The notes below the pieces were generated by a model. The model had not been told where the DNA came from. It made no database searches and worked only from the letters and a program-made list of their open reading frames with translations. From Antedon mediterranea (lineage: Eukaryota; Animalia; Echinodermata): a DNA stretch of 64,000 bases. Position 1 is the first letter of the stretch. Each line of letters starts with the position of its first letter. The position numbers and the translations under genes were made by a program. Below are positions 13,020 to 26,322 of the stretch, one piece after another. The stretch is from NCBI RefSeq assembly GCF_964355755.1, contig NC_092676.1, positions 8,781,888 through 8,845,887 on the forward strand, in the 5' to 3' direction.

Positions 13020-13900
13020 ATAGATTTCAAGCCTTTAACCTAACCAAGTCAATGAATTGTTCCTGTCATCAAGACTATACATATAGCAACAAGTGAGTGG
13101 TCAACCAAACCAAGAAGATTGTCACTAATCTGTAACATAATTAAGTTAACCGTTTGCTGAATAGCTGCCAAGACAAGCGACTATAATGAAAAAAATCTAT
13201 TAATGCATGTAAACATATCTGCTTGGAGGTAAGCAACTCGCAAGTAAATTGTTTTATTAACCAAGTTAACAGCTAACTGACAGTTACCAAGTCAATAGAT
13301 TCCAAGCATTTAACCAAGTCTGCTGCTTTCGAATCGATAACCAAGACAACAACTCACTGACAAGAACCAAGTAAATAGTTTCCAACCAAGTAAATAGGTT
13401 CCAAGCTGTGACCAGGTCAACAGATTTCTATTATGAATCTAACTAACAGTTTCATAACCTGCAATAAACAAGTAAACAGCTAACTGGCAAGTTAACAAGT
13501 CAATAGTTTCCAAGCAAGACTTCATAAGTCAACAACCAAATCAACTTCCTAGCAGGTAACTGAGTCAACTAACAAGAAACCAAGTCAACTAAGAAGTAAC
13601 TAAGTCATGTAACCGAGTCAACCTAACCAAGAGCTTTCTAAAATGTGATTTAAAATGTGATCACATCAAACACCCACTGACAAGTAACAGAATATATAAT
13701 TATCATGTAACCAAGTCAACAGCAGCAAGTAGTTCAAAACTATAACAAGTCAACAGCCCACAAAGTTCAAGTTCAGAAGTCAATTTATGTAAGCAACCAC
13801 GTGTAGCCAACTTGACTGATAGTTTCAAGTCAGTTGTTTGTTTCAATAATTTAAAAAACCCTACCTAAATCAACAACAAAGAAATGGTTAAATCGACATA
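13020..13900. repeat. Degenerate A/C-rich minisatellite (AACCAAGTCAAC motif)
   Basis: Many imperfect (A)ACCAAGTCAA(C) / CAAGTAA motifs, all on the same strand. Confidence 0.65.
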
Positions 13901-15689
13901 ACTAAGAACACTATTGCCACAAATTGTTCAAATACACTTACACAGTAAATTATGTATATTGCAAGTTCAGTTTGATAATAGATTCGGAGAAAATAGCAAG
14001 AGCGATGTAATTATGTATTGTTAATATAATCTTTTGATAATCTAATTTTTACATTGTGTATTAAATTAGGTGATCATACACAATAGAGCATGGAATAATA
14101 TTAGGTGGTGATCATACATGTTGTGTTTCTTGCAATACAACATGTAAAACCTATTTACTTGTCAATAATATGCTACTGCATTTACTGCAGTAACTACATT
14201 TTGTTTATCATACAGTTTAGGCAATTATTTGTTTTTTTAGATTAAACCATACACACACTGTTTATTGCAGTGACTTCCTGCATAAACCTCTAAATTGAAA
14301 CAACATCAAAAACCATACATTATTGTAGTAAAAAAAATTTGAATTATTTTGTAACGGTTCCTTTTTATACTGATGGTCATTGGTTCCTTTTTATACTGAT
14401 GGTCATCAACTGTAATTTAAATATGCATTAACATCAACGTTAAATTATCTTAAATTTAAGATTTACTCGTTTAATGTAAAGAACATTGCTTATTCTCCAA
14501 CAATGTCATTCTTTGGCTTAAATTATGGTAACGGCATAAATGACGTCATTTGGTTTTGTAGTTACCAGTAAATAGTTTTATTATTGTATCATGCCATTAT
14601 ATTATTTAAAATGTTGTTGTTCTTCGTGGAGATGAATATCAAGGTAAGCAACTCAACAAATACCCGGATGGTGAATTAATCTTTATTATTCCATAGAATT
14701 TGTACAATACTAAATCTGTTTTTAACCGCTAGGTGCGCTAAGTTCGTTTTACTAATTTATTACTTAAGTACAATAACAAATATAATATTATTATTGCTCA
14801 ATAATACAAATTGTGTTTTAATAACTCACTTGGTACAATAACGATATGCATTTTAGGTTTAATGAAACTTTATTATTCACAGGTAAATAGATGAAAATTG
14901 GTTTTTAATTCATTCAATACAATTAGTTAATAACTATGATTTAAGAATATTTTAATCGTAGATGTCTAAATTAATTCCAGTTATTTATAGCACTCTTTAT
15001 ATCTGCATGTCTTTATAAACTGACCGACATTCAGCTGAATTTAATGACGGTTGACAATACATCACACACAGACAGTTCCATCAAAACGCAATATAAAATA
15101 CATCCGTATACATCTATAGATTGTCGGCTAACTATTTTCAATTCTCAGTCTCGTAAATTCTAAACAACAATGATTATATCGGTTGCGTTAATAGTCCTTT
15201 AATGAACATGCTAGCGGTCATTCGTCCGTTATGTCCAATGTATATGTCCAGCGACTGCACACTACATTAATGCTAACATTTTCCAAAGAGTATTAAACAA
15301 TTTTGATATATGCAGCGTTATAGGCGATTCGGATCAAGAAGTTATATTATTTTTTTCAGAAAGTATAACATATTTTTTTAGCGTTAAAGTTATTTTTAGA
15401 AGTAAACAGTATTGAGTAACTTTTGAAATTAACTTTGTTTACAGAATTCTATGTTGCATGGTGCATTTAATATTCAAAAAGTGATTTATAAAATAAGAAT
15501 TATTTGTATTAGCCGTGTTTTGAACGATGTTTTTTCTGTTTGTACAAGAGGCTCGTTGTTGATCAAAGTCAAATTAAAGATTTGGTCGAAATGACCATTT
15601 ACTTTGAAGCGTTTGCTCTCTGTGTTATGTTGAGTCGAGTATCCGATTGGTTAATTCAGGTATGCTAGAAATTACTAAATACATTAGCT

Positions 15690-15770
15690 GTATCATGTCT
15701 AGTGACACGATACACGGTCTGTATCATGTCCAGTGACATGATACACGGTCAGTATCATGTCCAGTGACAC
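15690..15770. repeat. 31-bp tandem repeat (~2.6 copies) with palindromic unit
   Basis: Unit GTATCATGTC-CAGT-GACATGATAC-ACGGTCT. Confidence 0.8.
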
Positions 15771-15879
15771 TAAATATCCTAGAGTATCGCGTCTTATTCA
15801 CAGCAATCGTCATCTCATATGTGATACTGTAGTATATAGTGAGGGTTAGGTTAAGTGGTATAGGTATGTGCTATGGTAT

Positions 15880-16000
15880 TGCCTTGTTGGCATGTTCAAG
15901 ACTGTCCTCTGCCAGTGGAAGTCTTTACATCTGACTCGTGTATCTTAAAGAACCCAGTGCATGTTTTGAACGAGTATGGGTTACCACGGTACTGCTTTAA
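15880..16000 (+). mobile_element. Possible SINE body fragment
   Basis: TTAAAGAACCCAGTGCA...GAGTATGGGTT resembles the core of invertebrate tRNA-SINEs. This is recognition from memory only; no head is visible. Confidence 0.3.
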
Positions 16001-18039
16001 AATAGATTTCATAGGATTAAACGAACTTGTTCGATAAAGTTGTTTTACTATATCACTGCTTAAGAAAATGACACACTCGCTGATATGTAGCTTTCTGTGA
16101 CGATCAATAAACCTAATTATTTGTTTCGTTTCGTGTTATTTCAAATCCCCAACAGCATCAAATGAAATTGCCAAGAATTCTGCCCTTATGAGTAAAATTT
16201 GTCCCAAATTGCAAATTCGACATTTCAAATTTGATTTTTTTTTTAATCCGTAAATTTATGTTAAAATGATCTGATGTAATTATTAAAAAAACTAGTGTCA
16301 ATGAATTCGAACCGAGTAGATTTGCAATTGAAAACTGTAAAATGTAGGGCTATTTAAATTAATAAATTTGCTCCATATACTGATTTATAACATAAACATA
16401 AATGTGTCAACTTGGCTGGCAGCGAGCATAGCGTGAAACTTTGGTATGATTATGGTATTTTGTGAGATGGGGCGTTTTACGCACTAGAGTATCGTTTGCA
16501 CTATACATAACCTTATTATGAATCACATTACATGTACTTTGTGTAAATCCGTGTTGGCATTAATGTGTAATATAAACAAATGCAGAGGGATTTTGCTGAC
16601 GGTAAGTGGATCGTGAATGCAATATATAAGTAATTCCATCAAGCATACGTCGATACAAGTTCAGTTTAGGACGTAAACATTACAAAATAACTTAACTTTC
16701 AATACGTTAATTGATGTTCACACGTCGTAAAAACGATGGAACGCAGGGTTGAAATGACTTTCCCTCCCTTTTGAAATAATCGTCTTCTAAAGACATTCGT
16801 TAGTCATTAACTTGCGGTAATGATACTGCTTTTTACGTAATGCGAAATCTACCGGAGGTCTAAAATAATGTCCAGACTTAAAACCCGGAGGTGCGTGACA
16901 CTCTGGTCATAATCGATATGCATTTTCTTTCGATCGTTTATGTTTTTTAATATTATGCGTAAACATGTTCCAGTGAGCTTATATACCATATGCTGAAGCA
17001 TTTGGCTATTATGAGCTCTATCGATCTAATCAATGTTTTTCTCCTATCGGAGAGTTTATCTTTATATTTCGTTCCCACAGGTGCAGCGTTTTCCGCTATG
17101 AACATTTCGAACTAGTGTTTTACGCAATTTGGGTTCATTGTTATCAATGACGTTGTGGTCGGAGATCCGTTATTCTTCTGATTACGTAAATGCATTTTTA
17201 CATCTGACGTTAGTACCATGAAGCTTGATTAGCACCGCAATTTGACCAATCACGACGCGATGAACCATCCGAAATGTCACTTTTGATTGGTCAACTACCG
17301 TACCTTGCCATTGCGTTGGTGGTGTTACGTCCAAATAGGAACCAATACAAGCTTTATATGAGTATACAACCGTACGAGTACGACGTACAGTATATAGGCA
17401 AGATTACCTATTTTCTAAACATACGTCATCGCATTATGCACATTTTATATTTATTCAAATATAACGCCCTCTATAGTTTAGCCTTAACATGTTGGGAAAA
17501 AATAATAATTATAAACCTTGTTTTGTATTGATAAATATTCAATTTTTATTTCATTGCGATGATTGTTTATAAAAATATACAAGACCTCACGAATAGGACA
17601 TTGAAACTGTCGGTTTCAATTACCTATCTAATGGAAATGGTTTGTAGCCTTTTGGGCACAATGTTTTTTTTTAAATCCGTGCATTATAGTATGAGGCCTT
17701 GTGACATTATAGTGATTATAGTATGTATGTTTTATAGTAATCTGGGTTAAGTACCGGGATTTTGACTAGAATAAAATAATGGGACTTAACGTTAGACAGC
17801 CAGTGGGGTTTCATATCATGTAAATGACTTACTCGCTGTTAAATGTATGTTGACAAGTTAACATTATTATTCTTGAGCATTATTTAAACTGTGTCAATGT
17901 AGTGGGACTTTCGCGTAAATGGTAGTTAACATAATTGCCTTTTAGTCTCGAGGATTTGGGGTTCAATGCTATGATTGATAGCGTTCATGTGTTGGATCTT
18001 GTAAACATCTCAAACATGACTAAGTAGAACCCGTATTAA

Positions 18040-19180
18040 GGGGACACCGAGTTTGGAACTCATACATTGTTGCTATAGTGGTGTCCTCTGAATAAAGGGG
18101 ACACCGACTTTGGAACGCATACATTGTTGCTATAGTGGTGTCCTCTGAATAAAGGGGACACCGACTTTGGAACTCATACATTGTTGCTATAGTGGTGTCC
18201 TCTGACTAAAGGGGACACCGACTTTGGAACGCATACATTGTTGCTATAGTGGTGTCCTCTGAATAAAGGGGACACCGAGTTTGGAACTCATACATTGTTG
18301 CTATAGTGGTGTCCTCTGAATAAAGGGGACACCGACTTTGGAACGCATACATTGTTGCTATAGTGGTGTCCTCTGAATAAAGGGGACACCGACTTTGGAA
18401 CTCATACATTGTTGCTATAGTGGTGTCCTCTGAATAAAGGGGACACCGACTTTGGAACGCATACATTGTTGCTATAGTGGTGTCCTCTGAATAAAGGGGA
18501 CACCGACTTTGGAACGCATACATTGTTGCTATAGTTGGTGTCCTCTGAATAAAGGGGACACCGACTTTGGAACGCATACATTGTTGCTATAGTGGTGTCC
18601 TCTGAATAAAGGGGACACCGACTTTGGAACGCATACATTGTTGCTATAGTGGTGTCCTCTGAATAAAGGGGACACCGACTTTGGAACTCATACATTGTTG
18701 CTATAGTGGTGTCCTCTGAATAAAGGGGACACCGACTTTGGAACGCATACATTGTTGCTATAGTGGTGTCCTCTGAATAAAGGGGACACCGACTTTGGAA
18801 CGCATACATTGTTGCTATAGTGGTGTCCTCTGAATAAAGGGGACACCGACTTTGGAACGCATACATTGTTGCTATAGTGGTGTCCTCTGAATAAAGGGGA
18901 CACCGACTTTGGAACGCATACATTGTTGCTATAGTGGTGTCCTCTGAATAAAGGGGACACCGACTTTGGAACGTATACATTGTTGCTATAGTGGTGTCCT
19001 CTGAATAAAGGGGACACCGACTTTGGAACGCATACATTGTTGTTATAGTGGTGTCCTCTGAATAAAGGGGACACCGACTTTGGAACTTATACATTGCTGC
19101 TATAGTGGTGTCCTCTGAATAAAGGGGACACCGACTTTGGAACTCATACATTGTTGCTATAGTGGTGTCCTCTGAATAAA
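18040..19180. repeat. Tandem array 20 x 57 bp (minisatellite) inside Tigger-like MITE ends
   Basis: Unit GGGGACACCGACTTTGGAAC(G/T)CATACATTGTTGCTATAGTGGTGTCCTCTGAATAAA. The span is 1141 bp = 20 x 57 + one inserted T in unit 9. There are no spacers. Confidence 0.97.
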
Positions 19181-19278
19181 GGTTTTCCGCGTAGTGTTAA
19201 AACCAAGAAAACTGATTTCCTCTCATTCATTTCACGAGAAATAAATATATACTGTATATAATTATTATTGTGTATGAG

Positions 19279-19595
19279 TCTGCGGCCTTTTTTTCGTACA
19301 TAAGTTGGGGTCCCTTTTGTTAAAAATACTTTCTATATAACTAAACATAACCCTATAAATAATCTCTCCCTCACTATAAAGTAAAAAGAAGTTGATCATG
19401 GGATTCGAACACCATACATCGACATGTAAATTCAGTCTATTCCACGCGACTGCACAGACGGCTCGACAGAAAGCGTTTGTAGTTAGCTCAATTCTTACGT
19501 CACACCGTATGGATATGACTAATTAATATTCATGTGTATTTTGTGACGTTTCATGAGGGGTTCCTAAGTTATGTACGAAAAGAAATATCGCACCT
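19279..19595. mobile_element. TIR MITE (~315 bp), unclassified
   Basis: TGCGG..TTTTCGTACATAAGTTGGGGTCCC at the left pairs with GGGGTTCCTAAGTTATGTACGAAAAG..TCGCA at the right. Confidence 0.6.
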
Positions 19596-21580
19596 CGACC
19601 ACTTCCTCTTAGTTAATTGGCCCAAACCTAATTAGACTATAGACCCGGTCGCCCTAGTCATGTCAACATTGTTTTGTCATTCAAGTTTCTCGAATATTAC
19701 TTTTCTGTAATTCCTATTCTTCAGGCATCCTTCGAATTCCTTTTATAAAAATCGTAGAAATACTCTCAATTTGATATTTTTGACATACAATTTAAAAAAA
19801 AAATGTTCAAATTTGTTTTAGAGCAATGCTTATAATTGAAGGAAGAACCGTAAGCGTTTCGTGTTTTTACTTCAAAACCTTCAAATACTGATAGTGTGTC
19901 TGGTTTCTAATTAATTAAAGTATAGGTAAAAAAGAACAGTTGTTAATTTCATATTGACAATGAGAACATTATAAAAATATAATAATCAAATGTGTTTGAA
20001 CAATTGAATATGATAACCCAATTTTCTTTTCATAGAAATATATATCAATTAATTTCCAACGACTTTGTTGGCACAATTCGGCTAACAACCTCAACTCGTT
20101 GTTCGTTCGCGGTTATAATTTCTTCATTACTAAAGACTTAACGATAAGTATACCCTAGACAATACAGCGCTTTTTATTTGCTCAGCTATAATCGTATAGT
20201 TTCTAGTGGATTTCACAAATCTTTACTGATTTCTCACGTAAAACGCGTAATTAACATTGTATAGCAGATTAATATAAATTGAGTGTGAATTTTCTTCATG
20301 TTAGCGGGCGAAAAAATCAACATAGATTTAAAATAGATTGCGTTGTTGAAATTAAATATTATATTATTAGAATTGAATTTGATCATGTATCGTATCTAGG
20401 ACACACTGTCGTTAATAATACTTTATTTTAGGCTTGTTCTGTGTGTGTTTGAAAGGCAGAGAGAAAATCACAAATAGAGACAATAACAGTTTGGATAAAT
20501 ACTTTAAGTTCCGTGAGCATGGATCACGGGGGAAAAGAACATAGGCCTATACCCATTGCCTTCGCCCCACACATATGCGTTGCGGCTGGCGATGAGTTAG
20601 AAAAAAGTTTAGTTTTTTAGTAGCCAGACCTACAAAATGCGATTGGTGTGTGACACCACCGATTTCGTTTATCATAGAATTATTATCTAAATTATATTTA
20701 GGTTACTGGCCCTTTGGCCATTCAGACATTAGATAGTTGTGAATTCGTATCTTAAGCGTACATTTATTCACACCTGCTCCGTTTCACGTAATGGAAGACG
20801 GCGCCGTTTGGTTAAATAAATATATTTTGGGAAAACTCGCGTATAAGCTTACGTATCCTTGTCATAATAACGTATACGGATACAGAGGTTGCCCAAACTG
20901 CCTATTGAAAATGCACAAAGAAACAATTTAACCTCGCCGTCTTCCGCCCTCCGTCCCGTGTAACAGGAAATGCATACAGTGTTTGGTGGGTTAGCGCAGT
21001 AGGCTTTTATTTCAGTCGTGTTGATAACCTGCTGGCTCAAATGTAATAACTTTTATTGGCACTGTCTCGTCCCATGTTTTAAAATGTCAAATGTAATGGT
21101 TTATTTAATAAAAAGAAATGTCCACACGTTTCGTTAATACTGTTACATTGTTTTGTGATCCATTGAAACCCTCCTTTGAGACACCCTTATTAAGGGGACA
21201 CGCATATTCAGGTGATAGTGAAACAGACGAGATGAAATATATTTTTCAACATAACGGCCCATCCCTATATTTGTTGGGCCTCAAATGTTTTCCTTAATAG
21301 GTATTCTACTATACTTCATATTTACAACACGCATATTTTCAATGCCTTTTATCTCTTCCCTTTATTTATAGACTCTCGGAAAACAAACGACTTCAGTCCT
21401 CAGTTTAGTTGTGAATATGCTTAAGCACGAATGAATAATAAACTATTGTGTCTATGCTAGTAATTTTATACAGTAGACATAAATACTGTTTTTTAAATTA
21501 TACATTTAATTATATCCTATATAGACATAGGTTTTGTAAACAAATACCCATTTTTGTTTTGTTTTTTTACGCATAAGTAA

Positions 21581-21765
21581 AGCGTGGTTCCCACTTGAAC
21601 GTGACGTATCGACGCAAAGGGCTTTATTGCGTAATCACAAGTGGGAACCGACGACACAACATTGCTGAAAAAATCACAGGCGGGGGAAAACACAATTATT
21701 GGAAGGGTATTTTTTTACATTTCGTAGGTTGCGTTATACGTTGCGTCGCTAGTGGGAACCAAGCT
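21581..21765. mobile_element. PIF/Harbinger-type MITE (family A variant)
   Basis: TAA|AGCGTGGTTCCCAC...GTGGGAACCAAGCT|TAG. An inverted relative lies at 51264-51477. Confidence 0.8.
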
Positions 21766-22008
21766 TAGTTAATACTTGGACGCAACGCATAAACATAAGC
21801 GCACCGCAATATGACGCGGTGGATCATCCACACTGTCAAAACACACGTGTGTTGCGTCTACGTCGTTTTCGTCCTAGTTGAAACCAAGCTATAAGCTTTG
21901 TGTTCCTGTTTTCACGGAATGGAAGATGGCGTCGTTTGTTAAATAATGGAAAATGATGTTATTATAATTGTACTGCTTCGTCTTCCGCTCCGTGAAACGG
22001 GGACGTAA

Positions 22009-22187
22009 AGCTTGGTTCCCACTAGAACGTAACGCAAGGACGTAAACGCAACGCAAGCGTTTTATCCAATGACAAGCGAAGTTATAGACAGTTAGCAATC
22101 ACAAGCGAATAAGCCATCGCTTGTGATTGGTCAATTCACTTGCGTTGCGTTACGTCCTTGTGTTGCGTCGCTAGTACGAACCACGCT
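22009..22187. mobile_element. PIF/Harbinger-type MITE (family A, 179 bp)
   Basis: TAA TSD on both sides. Near-identical reverse complement of 46657-46835. Confidence 0.88.
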
Positions 22188-22247
22188 TAAGCGTGAATCT
22201 TTCGAATTGTGATTGGTCAACTAACTTGGGTTGTGCCAACAACTGTA

Positions 22248-22470
22248 AGCCTTGTTCCCACTAATGTTTGGTTCCCACTAGGACACAATGCAAGGACGTT
22301 AACGCAACGTAAGCGTGTTGACCAATGACAAGCGACAGTTCGAATGATCCATGGCCTGTGATTGGTCAAATCACTTTTGTCGCGTTACGTCCTTGTGTTG
22401 CGTCTCTAGTGAAAACCAAGCATTAGACGCAACCCAAGGACGTAAGCGCATCACAAGTAATTTAACTAAA
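22248..22470. mobile_element. Nested/degenerate Harbinger family A MITEs
   Basis: AGCCTTGTTCCCACTA is immediately followed by a second TTGGTTCCCACTAGGAC...CTAGTGAAAACCAAGC copy. The first copy then resumes (GACGCAACCCAAGGACGTAA). Confidence 0.7.
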
Positions 22471-23293
22471 CTGTGGTAACCAAACTATATATAGAATTAC
22501 AGCAATATAATAAGTACTAATGTAAACTTCGCTATTGGAACGTGATTCTTCTTAGTTTACAAATGTATCTTTTGTATTGACCTATTTCATCACATGAACT
22601 ATACAATGTTTACTAATTGAACATGACAATAAATTCACTTGCAAACACACTCTTCAAAGTAGCATGTCTTTCTCAATTAGTAACCTTTGCTAAATCTAGC
22701 CTTTAGTACCCGTCCCCAAAGTGTGCATTGACGTACTCTATGCCAATATGTTTTATCTATACCCATCTCGTTATTTACTCAATAAGAGCGCACAGATTAT
22801 TGATGTAACAGGATTGCTTATATTACAATCCCATGATTATGGATTTAAATCTTTCTTTCAAGTCGTTTAGTATAATTTGTTTTATATAATTTCATACAAG
22901 GCTTTGCTCAAAGACATACCCAATTTCAGTTTTGATATGTTTCATATTTTATATTATATTTCGTTTCCGTTATGACGTAATACTTTAAGTTGTATCCTGA
23001 TTAGGCTGGTTGGAATGACTTGTAATGGAACTAAATGAGGGAGAGAATCTAGAGTTAAAGTTTTTATATATTTAAAACAAGGTTACTTTCGGGGGTAAAA
23101 TGTTATAAAGTCTGTAAAATATCCGCTATTATAGCACACCTGCCGTTCAGTAGTAGTTCTATTACATGATAAACGTTCTATTTAATGGTTCAAATTGGCT
23201 ACACTGCAACTTTTTCTTTTAAATTTGACACGCAAGTCTGGTGACTTTCAAATTCAACCTGTTAAATGCACGCTGTCTATAGTTGTTGCCCTT

Positions 23294-23377
23294 TATAATA
23301 ATAATAATAAATAATATATTTATACAGGATAAAACAATCAGATAACAGTATATCTGTTTTACATTGTGGTCCTGTCT
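23294..23377 (-). mobile_element. 3' tail of an L2/CR1-type LINE or SINE
   Basis: Minus strand CAGGACCACAATGTAAAACAG...CTGATTGTTTTATCCTGTATAAA followed by (TTA)n. Confidence 0.4.
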
Positions 23378-24219
23378 TAAATGGCCTAGGCTTCGAACTT
23401 GATTAAAGATTTAAAAAAACCAGTAGATGTGTTATCCAAAAAATAATGAATGTTTTGTATTCGTTGCATGGGACGAATTTTTTTATTCATTGAAAGCACG
23501 AGCGGATCTGCCTCGTCATGAAATAGTCTATCCATTCAACTCAAAACTATTTCATGCCATTCTTTATCAATCGGTTATTGGATCGTATAGTTGATTGGTT
23601 ACTATATGTTGCTTTGAAAAGATAGCCTACATCTACTGAACATATACGTCCCATATACGTAAGTATTTGTAAAAAAAAGATAGTAATAAAATGTATTAAA
23701 AAGTAGGGCATCTATGATTTATATAGCAAAGCAATTTCCCCTGCTAATTATTATCTCAAATAGTTTTTGGAATATATAACATGAACTGTATCCCTTAGAT
23801 TATTTTTAACTCGATCAAGACTGCCACTCATGTGACACATTATAAATTAACTTCGATGATGCGATCCAATGTCTTAATATTCACTTTTCCCGCTTAGTAT
23901 TAATTATATGTTCATGTCACAATGTGAATTAATTGTTGGAATCAAACAACACAACTACCTATCCCAGATTACGTGTGTTATGGAACAATGTAACGTATTC
24001 CGGAGTTATATTGCAGGTGACTTTTTTTTTCTTTTTTTTATTTTTTTTTAAATTTCATTTCATCACATACATAATACAAAATTAATATATAAAGGCAAGG
24101 TAACTATTAAAACGATATTGCAGGTGACTTAGCTTAACTCTAAGCTCTTAACTTTGTCGAGGTTTTGATTTTTAAATCGATTTTTTCCCAAATTTCAATA
24201 TGTTGCTGGAACAATCCTA

Positions 24220-24699
24220 CACTTTAAAAATGTATTTTGTACCCACTTTTTCCGATACGCATTTAGCTTTTTAACACGTAGTTACGTTAAACACGTAGTT
24301 ACGTGTCTTTATATTGCTATATTACTATTTTTAAATTTTGTTACAATATTTTTCAGTTATTACTGTACTACTTAAAAATTGTTCGTATTTCTATTCTTTT
24401 TAATTGTATATTGCATAAGTGACGTACGACAGCGATCATGTCGGCGGTTGATTAGTTTTATTTTTGTTTTTATTTATGTGTATCTGTATATAGAACGCAC
24501 CGTGTATGAACGAGTACCACTATAATTGTAAAGGTGTAGTTTCAATAAATTATTATTAACTGTGTTGAGTTGGATACAGACTACATGTTTAGAATGTGTT
24601 TAGAACCTAAACATGTTTCATATCTAAACATGTTTAAGGCTAAATGTGTGGAAAAAAAAGTGGGTACAAAATACATGTTTAAGTTCTGTTTTTACAGTG
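24220..24699. mobile_element. CACTA/EnSpm-like MITE with ~240-bp internal insertion
   Basis: TA|CACTTTAAAAA...TTTTTACAGTG|TA. Inverted relative of 41059-41607. The segment ~24320-24558 is absent from that copy. Confidence 0.7.
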
Positions 24700-26123
24700 T
24701 ACAATTTCAGTTATCGTCGATCACAAAGATTACTATTATTATAAAAATCCACGATTAGGCATATTTAATATTGCAAGTTATTAAAGAATGTTTTACATTG
24801 ATTCTATCTGAGATTTTAACATTAAAGTTGTTGTTCCAATGCGTGAGATTTTGTTGGATATATTTCAGTAACGTATTTAGATTTTTTACCCATTTTTAAC
24901 CAAGTTAATATCATGTGAATAATTTATGATTAATGAAAAAGTGTTACTTGCTAGGAGTAGTAGTATGTAATTTCTAATATAGATTATCCAAACTACGCTG
25001 GGCGTAATAACAGTGATCTGTTAATATAAATTACGGTATTAATAAAGAAATGGGGTCGGTGTAGGCGGGATGTTAAATGCGGCTTACACTGCAATGTTAA
25101 AGGATTTTCAATCCGTATTAATTTGACGTACATGGTTAAATATACAACTTTCCATCAAAAGCTACCTGTACAGGCAAGACGTCATTTGTCGATCATTGGC
25201 GAATATTTAAAAGAACAAACGTTAGTTTACTCTATAATGTTCGCCGTAGGCTAGTGACATGTGACAATTTAACAAAAATATTTATCGCCGCGACATTAGT
25301 GCGCAATTTATACGTGCGCAGTATAGTGTCTTTTTAAACGCGCGAGAGATCACTAACACTGATTTTATTTTGACTATATTTTATACAATAAATTTATAAT
25401 TAATGGATACAAAATAATAATTAGTTTTCTGCTGATCCCGGGGGAAACATCTGTCTGAACTAAAGCTGTTGTAATATAATAGTAATACCCAGCGGAATGG
25501 AATATTGCGTTTGACGCACGAAACCATTAGACAAACGCGTTATAAAATTGTCAAAATCACTAAAGTATTAATGAATCAATGTTTCCATCTCTATTATTGA
25601 TTCGAGCATCATTCGTTTAAACCAAGTATACATATAATAAATGACGCATATACGAAATTACAACCGACAAATTATCAACCTACGATCAATAAATTAATGT
25701 ACCAGTATTTGTATAGGCCCTGGGGTGCGCAGTGGTTAACAACTCATTTGTTTGATCGATTCATTTCGTCTATAACTGAATCATTATTCTTATTTTTAAG
25801 TTTAAAATGTATTTATGATTGTATGTTACCCTCTGGCGTATGAACAAATTGAGGTGATTCCAACGACCTAATTCTGAAAGTAAAAATAAGCCTAAACAGA
25901 CATAAATATACGAAAATGATCACAACGATGCTAACTTCCCACCAAAGACCAATTAGGTCTTAATTGTTACCATTTCCAAGTATTTCTAGTTTTGTTATTA
26001 TTTGTCAACCATGGAGCAAAATATAATTTCCCTTTGGAGATGTCAAATCATATATTTCACCTCTAAGCAGGCAATATCTGTATGATAGTAGCTGATAAAA
26101 TACTAATCACGAAATATTTAAAT

Positions 26124-26322
26124 CAGTGGCGTAACGGCAATGAACGCTCACACTGGCTAAACTCACCATGGGCCCTGGAGCTTATATGGCCCATGAGCAG
26201 TGTACTGGGTATATGAAGGATGCTGACAAGGCTAAAAACGTCCGAGGCCTCCAGCGTTGGAAATCGGAGGGCAACTTATGTTTCTTAAACCAGGGGCCTT
26301 AGGCCTTTGTGTTATGCCACTG
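26124..26322. mobile_element. hAT-type MITE
   Basis: TIR CAGTGGCGTAAC...GTTATGCCACTG. The 8-bp flanks ATTTAAAT/ATTATAAT are an imperfect TSD. An inverted copy lies at 54012-54180. Confidence 0.75.

Noticed and set aside
18040-19180. CRISPR array or repetitive protein (ORFs of 123-249 aa)
   Set aside because: The units are contiguous and near-identical with no unique spacers, and there are no cas genes. The ORFs arise only because 57 is a multiple of 3, and they are broken by a 1-nt insertion in unit 9.
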